Source: Clostridia bacterium | GTDB taxonomy: Bacteria > Bacillota > Clostridia > Oscillospirales > CAG-272 | Direction: 5' to 3' | NCBI GenBank assembly: GCA_017456895.1 | Contig: JAFTIN010000014.1 | Coordinates: 22,883-86,882, forward strand | DNA: 64,000 nt | In this document: one piece after another, positions 28,101 to 36,665 of the stretch | Position numbering within the stretch: the first letter of the stretch is position 1 | How the letters are laid out: each line of letters opens with the position of its first letter | Notes under the pieces: model-generated | The model's input: the letters and a program-made list of their open reading frames with translations, nothing else | Databases searched by the model: none | What the model was told of the DNA's origin: nothing | Made by a program: the position numbers and the translations under genes

Positions 28101-28710
28101 TTGTCTCATAAAGGGTATCAAACATGGGCTTAAGGATATCCTCCTCAAACTCATGTGCCTCGATGATAACGGGAAGAAGGCAGCGCGTTGCGGTATCACC
28201 GATCGCGTAGCTTACTCTGAGACCGTTATCGATCTTGGTTACGGAGATCTGATTATATTTTGCAGCCCAGGTCGCACTATATCTTACCTTTGCATTTTCG
28301 GTATCGGATATGGTAGCGTAGGTTACGGATATCTGGCTTGACAGCTCGTCAACCGCACCGCTGGAGCCGACAAAATTATAGGAATTACTGGTGAGCATCT
28401 CACCCGTAGTGTTGTTTCTGTAGTACATAACGCCGGTATATCTGTTTACGAAAATGGAGAACTTTCCATCTGTAGCGTAATCAAAATATCCATTTGCCAT
28501 ATCAGCCTGGAAGAGCTCCTCTGCACTTGAGTACTCTGCCTTCTGATAGGTATCTACTATCTTCGCAACCTCATCGGTGGTGAGCTTGTTCTCACTTACC
28601 GAGGAGTGGTGTGCCGCCTTTGCCTCAACGGGAATGAGGATCACGATTGCGGAAAACAGCATAATCGCAACCAAGGCGGACGATAATATTCTTTTTATTT
28701 TCATATTCAT
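25162..28710 (-). CDS. Large secreted protein (1,182 aa), uncharacterised; resembles what I recall as DUF5696-type proteins (possible glycoside-hydrolase-like)
   Basis: It has an N-terminal signal peptide (ALVAIMLFSAIVILIPVEAKA). No other TM segment is present. The motifs GYIFLPDGSGSIIQFED and IPFVGMVLHGYVNYAGSALN are present. The family call is from memory and unverified. Confidence 0.45.
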   Translation of the reverse strand: MNMKIKRILSSALVAIMLFSAIVILIPVEAKAAHHSSVSENKLTTDEVAKIVDTYQKAEYSSAEELFQADMANGYFDYATDGKFSIFVNRYTGVMYYRNNTTGEMLTSNSYNFVGSSGAVDELSSQISVTYATISDTENAKVRYSATWAAKYNQISVTKIDNGLRVSYAIGDTATRCLLPVIIEAHEFEEDILKPMFDTLYETMKENFGDSYAVNYYDEKGRYYDEETVYGERFLHTNSIRKFSTVVSDKIYEYELDVKVGGKVSTEERAKINEVEAIMNAINSVFNAYQPYNPSHSSFVYNEGSTPEITLEGYSVYKVKNTDYSQMAVRAKQVKTYCPNYTFEMMYEDEKFCRYEHKYESKPVFRCSLEYTFNEDSSLSVRLPANSIVFDETEYILKSITPLQYFGAADFSGDGYIFLPDGSGSIIQFEDFRNSNIAMSSSLSIFGNDFCYSEITGAHKQPLTMPVYGIATDKDAKGNNVGFGYFAILEEGAAMASMNVRYRSNTFRDGSIYTTFTPYPTDKFDLSETISVGGAQFYSIVSESKYTGSYVTRYVMLTDTVTQGVKNYDASYIGMADYYRDYLVNNGTLKALENVGNDIPLYLEALGSLEVVEKILTFPVNISKAITTFEDVVTIYEELGRAKEILLEKADEYDALAAAEDDNLELKASYEQMADDYRRLSGQVVNIDNVNFKLTGFSNGGLYFTYPSKVKWERVVGGKRGFKELLEIADEYTDADSNLGIYPDFDFQYINNTALFDGVGKRNTVSRMVDNRYASKQVYSSVTGEFDTIYAMIVSADALDRLYDKFIRKYDNYDAKGISVSTLGSDLNSNFDEDNPVSRDDAQGYVTALLDRIANESNYSVMIEQGNIYAVKYADHILNICTDSSYYRYSSYTIPFVGMVLHGYVNYAGSALNYSGSPDYDLLRSIENGASIYYVIGYQNTDIMKDDEEFNKFYSVSYENWFDDIVEKYALINAQLGDIQDFKIINHEILVGERVIDESEQTANLEALKAEFVAMFREKLENEIDEAIRALRESGAGYEKRIGVSADIDALVSDAHDMFELDNSETLPESFRQSLVNTLAEFEREYDITGVATENIVPVHIDTVEYESQYHYVTGSTARDDNYEHTDYTVDNDLIVMVTYAHEDGRTRSFILNYNIYSVEVILEDGQEPLVIDKYSFARIDG

Positions 28711-28721
28711 TTCCTCCTTAA

Positions 28722-30917
28722 TTACATTCTGTTTCCTATTTCCTTGAATATCGCTATTACGAAGGTGATCATCTTAATTACCAAGCTGGAGAACAGGATC
28801 ACTACGAACATAATGACGATCATAGCAAGGATGGTTCCAAGTATCGTGATAACGTTCTTACCGAGCGAGTAATCATGAGTAACGAGAGTGCCGAAGAACA
28901 GAAGCATTACCATCCAGATAACGCCAATAGCCATAATAAGGTTTACAACAGAGCCCTCGGTGGTGGTCATAACGTTGGTTAGAATGGTAGATACTATCAC
29001 GAATACGGGAAGGGGTGAGAGCGAATAGCAGGTCGCGATGTAAATATCCTTGAAGCTTCCCTCTCCGTCAAAGAGTGTAGTCAAACACCAGTTGGAGATC
29101 GACCAAAGGAGAACCGGGATAGCCACGGATATGATAGAAACGATGATGGTGCTGTACTTATCCTCGGGATTGAACAGATAACCTTTACCTATAGAATTAT
29201 AGAAGATGGCGAGTATCGTAATACCGAGAATGGTAGTTGCCGCTCTTACAGAGCCTCTCTTCTCATGCTTAAGATCCCAGAAGCCGTCGAAAGGATGGAA
29301 GCAGAGGTGGAATGGATAAATAAGTTCCTCCCAATAGGTCTTGCGTCCGACCTTAAGGTTTGTAGCCTTGTTCTTACGCTTTGCATAGCCAAGGAACTTG
29401 ACTACGCCGACTACAAGAGCTACAGCGGCAATAACTATGAGGATTATCCATCCGCCGATAACGTCCTTACGCACCTCGGCAAACGCCTTGGATGCATAGG
29501 CGGTCTCATAAGCGTTCTGAAGAACCTCATACGCCTCCTTATACTTACCCTGGCTGAACAGCGCCTTACCTATACCGATGTATGCAAGGTCGAAGTTGTT
29601 GTTCTTTGTAAGAACGTCCTGCCAGTATCTGATGGAGGAGTCGTAATCATGCTCGTTCTGGTTGCGAAGAGCGTTAATTATCGTCTCACAGTATTCCGTG
29701 GGAGAATAAACAACGAGCTTGAATTTGTTACTCGTATCATTTGTCTCGTCAAGAACGAGAAGATAAGAGGTATCACCGATTGTTTGATAAGTGATGGACT
29801 GGATGCTCTCACCGTTACCGAGAAGCTCACCGCCCTGTCCGTACTCGCCGCCGTCACCGAAGGCGAATAGGAGGTTACCTTGCTGGTCATAGGTGAAGAG
29901 CTTTGATCTCTTATAGTCGAGGATCGTCCACATGCCCTCCGGACCGAGAGCAACGTCGGTGATCTTGGATACGTCCTTTGCGTAGAATACATCGACCTCT
30001 CCGCCGGGATCAAAGAAGCCGTTTCTCTTCATAATCTCGTGACCGGTAGAGTTGAGCTTCTTTACGGGAGAGTAGTCGGATGCCTTAGACTTGATAGCCT
30101 TGTACTGCTCGCCCTCATCGATCTTGTCGGAAGTAGCGTATACGAAGCCGTCATCGTCAACCGTGAGGTTGTTATAAGGGTCGGAAAGGTTTCTCGACTG
30201 CTGAGCAAGCTGCTCCTTGGTCTGGAACTTTCTCCATATTATATCAATAATACTGTAAGAAACCTTCTGTGCGCCGATGTAGCCGGTGAACTCACCGGTA
30301 TTGGAAAGAACTATGACACCCTCATACGTCTGTTCCGCCACAACGAATATTCTGCCGTAGATATCAACGGCAACCGCGTTGGGAATGAAATCCGCAGGGT
30401 CAAGCAGGGGGCTTGAGGGAGCAGTAATGGTTCTGACATAGTTGTGTTCTCTGTCAAACACTACTATCGCCTGATTCTTGGTGTCACAAATGTAGATGTA
30501 GCTGGAGCCGTCCGAGGTCTTATTAGGATCGGTTACGAACACGCCCTCAGGATGGTTGAACTTAACCTCCTTGCCCGCATCGTCGTAATAGGTGTCTATG
30601 ACGCCGGTCACCTTGTAGTACTTATTGAGGATTACGATTCTGTTATTTCCTGCGTCAGCGATGTAAACGTTGCCGACTTCGTCTGTAACGATGTCCTCAG
30701 CGTCGTTAAGCTGCAGACCGCCGAACTTATCCTTAAGTCCCATATCCGTGGAGGTTATGGAGGTGTTGGTGGAGTAGGCAGTGGGAGAAAGCATCTGCTT
30801 TCCGCTGATGGAGTAGGTGTAGGTGTCGTAAGCCACGTAAGCAGAGGAGTAGATCACGCCGAACAGAAGGACGAAAGCGAGGGAGAGTATAAGAATCTTA
30901 CTTAATCTTTTCATCAT
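28722..30917 (-). CDS. Fusion membrane protein: extracytoplasmic NHL-repeat beta-propeller, then a TPR-like segment, then a C-terminal Yip1-like multi-TM domain
   Basis: The N-terminus is a signal or anchor sequence. NHL-type blades are visible (VGNVYIADAGNNRIVILN, YIYICDTKNQAIVVFD, GRIFVVAEQTYEGVIVLS). A TPR-like stretch follows (GKALFSQGKYKEAYEVLQNAYE). The C-terminal third has about 6 hydrophobic helices. Confidence 0.6.
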   Translation of the reverse strand: MMKRLSKILILSLAFVLLFGVIYSSAYVAYDTYTYSISGKQMLSPTAYSTNTSITSTDMGLKDKFGGLQLNDAEDIVTDEVGNVYIADAGNNRIVILNKYYKVTGVIDTYYDDAGKEVKFNHPEGVFVTDPNKTSDGSSYIYICDTKNQAIVVFDREHNYVRTITAPSSPLLDPADFIPNAVAVDIYGRIFVVAEQTYEGVIVLSNTGEFTGYIGAQKVSYSIIDIIWRKFQTKEQLAQQSRNLSDPYNNLTVDDDGFVYATSDKIDEGEQYKAIKSKASDYSPVKKLNSTGHEIMKRNGFFDPGGEVDVFYAKDVSKITDVALGPEGMWTILDYKRSKLFTYDQQGNLLFAFGDGGEYGQGGELLGNGESIQSITYQTIGDTSYLLVLDETNDTSNKFKLVVYSPTEYCETIINALRNQNEHDYDSSIRYWQDVLTKNNNFDLAYIGIGKALFSQGKYKEAYEVLQNAYETAYASKAFAEVRKDVIGGWIILIVIAAVALVVGVVKFLGYAKRKNKATNLKVGRKTYWEELIYPFHLCFHPFDGFWDLKHEKRGSVRAATTILGITILAIFYNSIGKGYLFNPEDKYSTIIVSIISVAIPVLLWSISNWCLTTLFDGEGSFKDIYIATCYSLSPLPVFVIVSTILTNVMTTTEGSVVNLIMAIGVIWMVMLLFFGTLVTHDYSLGKNVITILGTILAMIVIMFVVILFSSLVIKMITFVIAIFKEIGNRM

Positions 30918-30925
30918 ATACCTCC

Positions 30926-31813
30926 TTAATCCTTCATACCGGAAGATCCCATCGTCTCAACGATCTGGCTCTGGTTAAATACGAATATCAGAATGGGAAC
31001 CATCATCATAACAACCGTGGATGCAGCGCCCGCACCGGAACGCGCGATACCGCCCGAGACGATCTGCTGGATAGCGTAGTTGAAGGTCTTGAGCTCCTCG
31101 GAATGGATGTAGATGGATGAGCCCGAGTTCCAGAGGTTCTTGAAGCACTCAACCATAAGCGTCAGCCAAGCAGGCTTAACCATTGGCATTGCAATGGTGA
31201 GATAGATACGGAACTCACTTGCACCGTCAAGACGTGCAGACTCAAGAACCGTGTCGGGAACCGAAGACTCCATAAACTGCTTCATAAGGTAAAGACCCAT
31301 CGTACCGGCCATGGAAGGAACGATTATCGAAAGATAAGTATCGATCCAGCCGAATGCAGAGAGAATGATGAAGTGTGTTACCTGGTTAACAGTAGAGTGG
31401 AACATAAGCGACATAACTATGACCTGGAAGATCGCGTTTCTGCCGGGGAAGCGGAGCTTTGCAAGCGAGTATGCAGCCATAGATGCAAATACAAGGTTGC
31501 CAAGCGTACCGCAGATAGTAATAAATACTGTGTTGAATATGTATCTCGAGAACGGAACCCAGGAGTCACTCATAAGGGTGAACAGGTCACCGAAGTTTTC
31601 GAGAGTAGGTCTGATTACGTAGAATCTCGGAGGGAACATGAAGAGCTCGTCAAGAGGCTTCAAGGACTGGATAACCACGTAATACATAGGTACGAACATG
31701 AACAAACCGAGGAAGGTAAGCATGATGGTGATACCGGTATCACCGCCCGCAGATCTGTTAAGAACTACTCGGTGGCCGCGTGTTCTGAGTCTTTGCAGTT
31801 TCTCTTTTGCCAT
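30926..31813 (-). CDS. Carbohydrate-type ABC transporter permease (MalG-like), first pair
   Basis: It has an EAA loop (LESARLDGASEFRIYLTIAMPMVKP) and six TM segments. Confidence 0.85.
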   Translation of the reverse strand: MAKEKLQRLRTRGHRVVLNRSAGGDTGITIMLTFLGLFMFVPMYYVVIQSLKPLDELFMFPPRFYVIRPTLENFGDLFTLMSDSWVPFSRYIFNTVFITICGTLGNLVFASMAAYSLAKLRFPGRNAIFQVIVMSLMFHSTVNQVTHFIILSAFGWIDTYLSIIVPSMAGTMGLYLMKQFMESSVPDTVLESARLDGASEFRIYLTIAMPMVKPAWLTLMVECFKNLWNSGSSIYIHSEELKTFNYAIQQIVSGGIARSGAGAASTVVMMMVPILIFVFNQSQIVETMGSSGMKD

Positions 31814-31815
31814 GC

Positions 31816-32763
31816 TTACTCACCTACCTTCGAAAGCGCCTTCTTAATTATGATGTTACTTGAGAACATAATAATGAAGAGTATAACAGCAATTGCCGAG
31901 GCGTAACCAATTTCGTATCTTGCGCCACCGTAGTCTCCAAGGTGGTGCATTATCGTATGCGCCGCATAGTCTACCGATGGGAATCCGCAGAGCGCATCAA
32001 CTACCGCGCCAAAGCCGAAGGAGTTGGTGATCGCGAGGACGGCACCGAACATAAGCTGAGGACGCATGGTAGGAAGTGTGATGTACCACAGCTCCTGCCA
32101 ACGGTTCTTAATACCGTCAACCGCAGCAGCCTCGTACATAGAGCGGTCTATCGTCTGGAAGCCCGCGATAAAGGAAAGGAATGCCGTACCGAGAGAGGTC
32201 CAAAGAGCAACCACGATACAAAGAGGCATTACGTAATCCGCATTCTGGAACCAGAGAATGGGCTCAGTGATAATACCGTATTTGATAAGGACCGCGTTTG
32301 CCCAGCCGTAAGAGTCGGACGAGAACAGGGTCTTCCAAATGAGGTACGCGTTACCGGAAATGGAGGGCGCGTAGAATACAAGCGTTACTACCGCACGGAT
32401 CTTGGGAGGAAGCTCGTTGATGAACCAAGCAACCAAGAGCGCGAGAATGTAGGACACAGGGCCGGTTATAGCGGCAAATATCATTGTGTTCTGAATGGCG
32501 AGAATGAATATTTCATCGTCAAGGAACAGTCTCATATAGTTGTCAATGCCAAGGAAATGCGGCATCTGCAACATATTAAAGTCGGTAAGACTCAGGAATA
32601 TTGAAAGCACAACGGGAAGGACCGTGAAGATGATGAACAACAGCAAGAACGGAGCTAACATAAAGTATGCCGTCTTGTTGTTCTTCATCTCCTGCCATGT
32701 CCATCTCAGCTTAGAAACTTCCGAACGTTTTACCGGACGATTAGCTTCTGAAATCTGTGACAT
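31816..32763 (-). CDS. Carbohydrate-type ABC transporter permease (MalF-like), first pair
   Basis: It has an EAA loop (YEAAAVDGIKNRWQELWYITLPTMRP) and six TM segments. Confidence 0.85.
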   Translation of the reverse strand: MSQISEANRPVKRSEVSKLRWTWQEMKNNKTAYFMLAPFLLLFIIFTVLPVVLSIFLSLTDFNMLQMPHFLGIDNYMRLFLDDEIFILAIQNTMIFAAITGPVSYILALLVAWFINELPPKIRAVVTLVFYAPSISGNAYLIWKTLFSSDSYGWANAVLIKYGIITEPILWFQNADYVMPLCIVVALWTSLGTAFLSFIAGFQTIDRSMYEAAAVDGIKNRWQELWYITLPTMRPQLMFGAVLAITNSFGFGAVVDALCGFPSVDYAAHTIMHHLGDYGGARYEIGYASAIAVILFIIMFSSNIIIKKALSKVGE

Positions 32764-32789
32764 TAATTTTTCTCCTTTACACGATTGTC

Positions 32790-35700
32790 TTATTCCGCGG
32801 ATTCGATCTGCGGAGGCTCATCATCGGAAGACTCGGGAACCCAGAGGCCGAACTCCTCGCGTTTACGCGCTATCTCAGAGTTGATAGCATCGATATAACC
32901 GCTCAAAGCGTCAATGGGATCTGTTCCGTCGTTTACCGCATCAAGGAAGGCGAACTGAGTGTATCTGTTGATGATGTACGATCCGGGATAGTTAACGATG
33001 GAGGAAAGGTGATCCATCTGGTTCATTATCGCGGCCTTCTCGCTTGCTGTCCAGGAGAGATTGTCAATAGCCTTGAGGTTGGCGGTCTCGTACTTAGCCG
33101 AAGGACCGATAAGCGCAACCATTCTGTTACCGTACTCTGCCTGAGCGTCCTCACCGGTCTGCCACTGGAGGAACTGCCAGGATGCAAGAAGCTCGTCACC
33201 CTTACAGCCGTAAAGAATTACGGATGCGCTGATACCCGCAAGAGAATCGTAGTTGAAGCTGCCGTCCGCTCTCTTAGAGCCGGGGAGCGAGCAGAATTCC
33301 CAAAGACCTTCGATCTCTGTCGCGTATACGGTAAGAGTGTTGTAGATACCCGAGTAGCCACCTATGATAATGGGCATCTCACCGGTTCTGAAACGGTTGG
33401 ATGCATCATAGGATACGGGGAACGAGTAATCACTGTAAAGTCTGCAGGTGAAGTCAAAGGTCTCGAGAGCGATGTTGGAGTCGAGATCGATTCTCGCACC
33501 CGCGTACTTGGAATCGTAAAGGGATGAATCGGTGTACTTCCACATGCTGCCGCCGGACTGATAGATCATAAAGTCGAGAGCATCTATGTAGGATACGCCG
33601 ATAGACATATTATTTGTTTGAAGAACAGGAAGAATTGAAAGGAGCTCTTGCCAGGTCTCGGGAACGCGCAGGCCGAGGTCAGCAAGCACGTCCATTCTGT
33701 AGAACATCATGGCAAACGACATTGTCTGAGGAATACCGTAGGAAACGTCGAGAAGCGTCACGGTATCCATTGCTGCATCAGCGAAGTTGCCTTCGACCGC
33801 ATCTTCAAATGTATTGGACACAAATACGGGGGTCTCACCGGGCCTTTGCTCGGTAGTGGTGGTGACATTACCGCTTGCGTCTCTGTATGAGTAATAAGTG
33901 TTACCAAATACGGCGTTATCATCTGCATCCATCTCATCAGCGCTGACATTACCGCTGATACCGAGAACTGCATCACGGATAGCGTAATTGATTACGTCTG
34001 CGGCACCAAGGCCGAGATAAACGTCAGGACCCTTACGGGAAAGAATGGACGGAAGGAGAGTACCTCCGGTTACAAGCTTAAGGCTGACTGCCGTACCGGT
34101 GTTGTATGTAAAGCCCTCAGAGGAGTTCGCGTCGATCATCGTACGCCAGATCTGAGACTGGTCACGACCGGTCGCAAGCCAAACGTCGATGTTGAGAGTG
34201 TTCTCATCGGGAATTGTGGTAAGTCCCATCTGATCGTAATTAACGAAGAAGGAGCTGATGAAGGACTTGATCTCGAACCAGATAGACTTAAAGAAGCCTG
34301 CCTCAGCCTTGGGAAGCGCGTCCTCGTCTGCCACTACCTCTTCCCCACTCTTCACAGCGGGAATAACCCAAATCGAGTCAACCATCATGGAAGCTGCCTT
34401 GGAGCTGTTGATCCAGGTACCGAGAGTACCGAGGTAGGACTTAAGGGTGCTCATATTAGCCGCGATGTCCATACCGTCATCCTTACCCATAGTATTGAGG
34501 AGGATGGCGATGGTCTCGAGAGTAGCGATATGAGAACCGTTAGTGCCGCAGAGCTCCTCAAGGCCTTCCTTGACTGCCATAAGCTCAAGAGCCTCTTCAA
34601 GGAGAGTTATGAGCACCTCAGGCATAACCGAAATGTAGTTATAGTCACGGTATTCATCGGGATCGGTACCGGTGAGCTGGAGTATCTGAAGGTAACAGGC
34701 GTTGATCTTATCGAGAGATACCTCTACTCTCTGAATATACTCTTTAAGAGTACCGAGTGAGCACTCGAAATAAACGGTGTACTCTACACCCTCTTCAAAA
34801 TAGAAGAGGAAGTTGGTATCGTCCTTAGAGACAAAGGTGGACTGCCATTTCTTATCGTAGTTGAACTCAGCCTGATATGCCTCGGCGAAGGGAACCTCGG
34901 GAGTTCCGTCCGCTTCACCGTACTGACCGCCGTGGATCTTTATCGTACGGCAGATGTACATACCCTGCAGAGCATCCTGCTTGAATCTCATAGCGAGGTT
35001 GTAGAGTCCGGTCTTGGTAACCTTAAACTTATATGCCGCCCACTGTCCAACTGCGCTGTAGCTGTTCTCACCGATAACGTTATAAAGCTGAGAATTGGAG
35101 GACACGGGGTAGTTAATAGCGGAGGTATTATCATTGGTAGCTGCAACAGAAGAGTCCGAAACGATGTCGGGGAACTCAGCCTGGATCTCAATGATCTGAC
35201 CGCCATCTGCAGGAGCATACTTGCCCTCAGCCTTATACTGCGCGAGGATCTCTTCATAGCTTACAAGGTCGTTCTGCTTTACCGACACCTTATTATCAAC
35301 CTCGGTGATAGTGACCGGATCAAGAACGGGAACGAGTTCAATAGACTTGATGATCATGGGCTCGCGCTCTGCCTCAAGTGAGATGGTACGTGTACCTTCT
35401 GCGAAGTAGAACTCAAACGCTCCGTCGTAATAACCGGAGCAGTCCTTGATGAAGTAGGTATTCCAGCTCGCCTCGGGATCGGCCTCGGGAGCCATGGAGT
35501 TACCGTTAATATCCTGCATTATTCTATGGGTCGTGACGGTCTTTTTACCATCCTTGACCTCTGTTATTATCTTGTAATAGCCCTGCTCGCCCTCTGCGTC
35601 GCGGAGCTCATACTTAACATCATAGGAGTCCGGAGTACCGGGAACGTCGCTGACGACGGTATCGATATCACCGTACTTGTACACCCAGTTCTTATCGAAC

Positions 35701-36320
35701 TTGAGAGAGCTTACCTCGTTGAAGGGTACCTTGTCGTCGATCTTGAGCTTTCTCTCGATGGCAGATACACTGCTCTCACCCGTCTCGACGGAATAATACT
35801 CTATCTTGATGTAGTAGAAGCCCTCTTGCTCTGCTGTAAGGGTGACCTGCCAGGATGCATATCCCTGAGCGGGAAGATAAACCGTATTATCGTAGTTATC
35901 CTCGCCAAAGCCAGCCCATACCGAGGGGGTCTTGATCTTCGAATCAATACACATTTGGCTCGAAGAAACTATCTCGGCAATCTTTCCCTTATTCGCCTCA
36001 TTATCCTCATCCGTAGTGAAGTTAAGGATGTTCTCGATCGGAATGGTCGAATAGGTCGCGTTTGCCTTAAGGTTAGCGAGATACACATCTCGCTGTTCGC
36101 TGTAGCTGCTCAGATATTCAGCATAGGTAAGAGTACCTACCAGAGCTTGCATCTGTTCGAGCGTAGAGGCACTATACGGATTTTTCTCTTCCGCCGACGG
36201 ATCTCTCTTGAGAGATTCCTCTTGGTCAGAAGATGCCAGGGCCGTTACGCCAAAAGCAGACAACAGCATCGTTACAGAAAGTACAAAGCATATGACTTTC
36301 TGAAAACGCATTTTCTTCAT
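32790..36320 (-). CDS. Giant extracellular solute-binding protein: signal peptide, two CBM-like beta-sandwich modules, then a family-1 SBP domain; no lipobox
   Basis: The ATG at 36320 lies 9 nt after aggagg. The signal peptide ends ...FGVTALASS with no Cys. Two modules are internally related (ASWQVTLTAEQEGFYYIKIEYY versus AAYKFKVTKTGLYNLAMRFK; FEFYFAEGTRTISLEA versus FLFYFEEGVEYTVYFEC). The C-terminal half is SBP-like (DVWLATGRDQSQIWRTMID...PDVYLGLGAADV). Confidence 0.65.
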   Translation of the reverse strand: MKKMRFQKVICFVLSVTMLLSAFGVTALASSDQEESLKRDPSAEEKNPYSASTLEQMQALVGTLTYAEYLSSYSEQRDVYLANLKANATYSTIPIENILNFTTDEDNEANKGKIAEIVSSSQMCIDSKIKTPSVWAGFGEDNYDNTVYLPAQGYASWQVTLTAEQEGFYYIKIEYYSVETGESSVSAIERKLKIDDKVPFNEVSSLKFDKNWVYKYGDIDTVVSDVPGTPDSYDVKYELRDAEGEQGYYKIITEVKDGKKTVTTHRIMQDINGNSMAPEADPEASWNTYFIKDCSGYYDGAFEFYFAEGTRTISLEAEREPMIIKSIELVPVLDPVTITEVDNKVSVKQNDLVSYEEILAQYKAEGKYAPADGGQIIEIQAEFPDIVSDSSVAATNDNTSAINYPVSSNSQLYNVIGENSYSAVGQWAAYKFKVTKTGLYNLAMRFKQDALQGMYICRTIKIHGGQYGEADGTPEVPFAEAYQAEFNYDKKWQSTFVSKDDTNFLFYFEEGVEYTVYFECSLGTLKEYIQRVEVSLDKINACYLQILQLTGTDPDEYRDYNYISVMPEVLITLLEEALELMAVKEGLEELCGTNGSHIATLETIAILLNTMGKDDGMDIAANMSTLKSYLGTLGTWINSSKAASMMVDSIWVIPAVKSGEEVVADEDALPKAEAGFFKSIWFEIKSFISSFFVNYDQMGLTTIPDENTLNIDVWLATGRDQSQIWRTMIDANSSEGFTYNTGTAVSLKLVTGGTLLPSILSRKGPDVYLGLGAADVINYAIRDAVLGISGNVSADEMDADDNAVFGNTYYSYRDASGNVTTTTEQRPGETPVFVSNTFEDAVEGNFADAAMDTVTLLDVSYGIPQTMSFAMMFYRMDVLADLGLRVPETWQELLSILPVLQTNNMSIGVSYIDALDFMIYQSGGSMWKYTDSSLYDSKYAGARIDLDSNIALETFDFTCRLYSDYSFPVSYDASNRFRTGEMPIIIGGYSGIYNTLTVYATEIEGLWEFCSLPGSKRADGSFNYDSLAGISASVILYGCKGDELLASWQFLQWQTGEDAQAEYGNRMVALIGPSAKYETANLKAIDNLSWTASEKAAIMNQMDHLSSIVNYPGSYIINRYTQFAFLDAVNDGTDPIDALSGYIDAINSEIARKREEFGLWVPESSDDEPPQIESAE

Positions 36321-36432
36321 GTTCTGTTTCCTCCTAAGAAATTTTGCACTTACATACGTTCGGGTGAAAACCAAGAGAGCTTTTTGAGAGCAGCAAAATG
36401 GGAAACACCGACGCTAATAAATTACACGTAAA

Positions 36433-36461
36433 ATTATAGCACAAGCGAAAAATAAAGTCAA
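36433..36461 (-). promoter_or_regulatory. SigA-type promoter with extended -10 for the seven-gene operon
   Basis: On the minus strand: TTGACT, 17-nt spacer, TGcTATAAT. It lies about 105 nt upstream of the SBP start. Confidence 0.65.
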
Positions 36462-36585
36462 TAACAATAATTTTTACTTTATATATAAAATATACCCATG
36501 GCAAAGGAAGACATTTGTAATTTTAAATTAAAAGTAAACAATTGTTTGCCTGTTTTTTCATATTGTTTTTTCGATAAAAAACGCG

Positions 36586-36602
36586 GGTAAATAAAATTTA
36601 CC
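36586..36602. promoter_or_regulatory. 17-bp perfect palindrome GGTAAAT-AAA-ATTTACC (candidate operator or activator site)
   Basis: Read directly. The half-sites are identical to those of the 36649-36665 palindrome. Confidence 0.5.
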
Positions 36603-36648
36603 TCAATTACGGGTATTTTCCATGTATTTTGTTGTATTTTTGCGCTTA

Positions 36649-36665
36649 GGTAAATTATATTTACC
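36649..36665. promoter_or_regulatory. 17-bp perfect palindrome GGTAAAT-TAT-ATTTACC (second copy)
   Basis: Read directly. Its centre lies 63 bp from the centre of the first copy. Confidence 0.5.
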
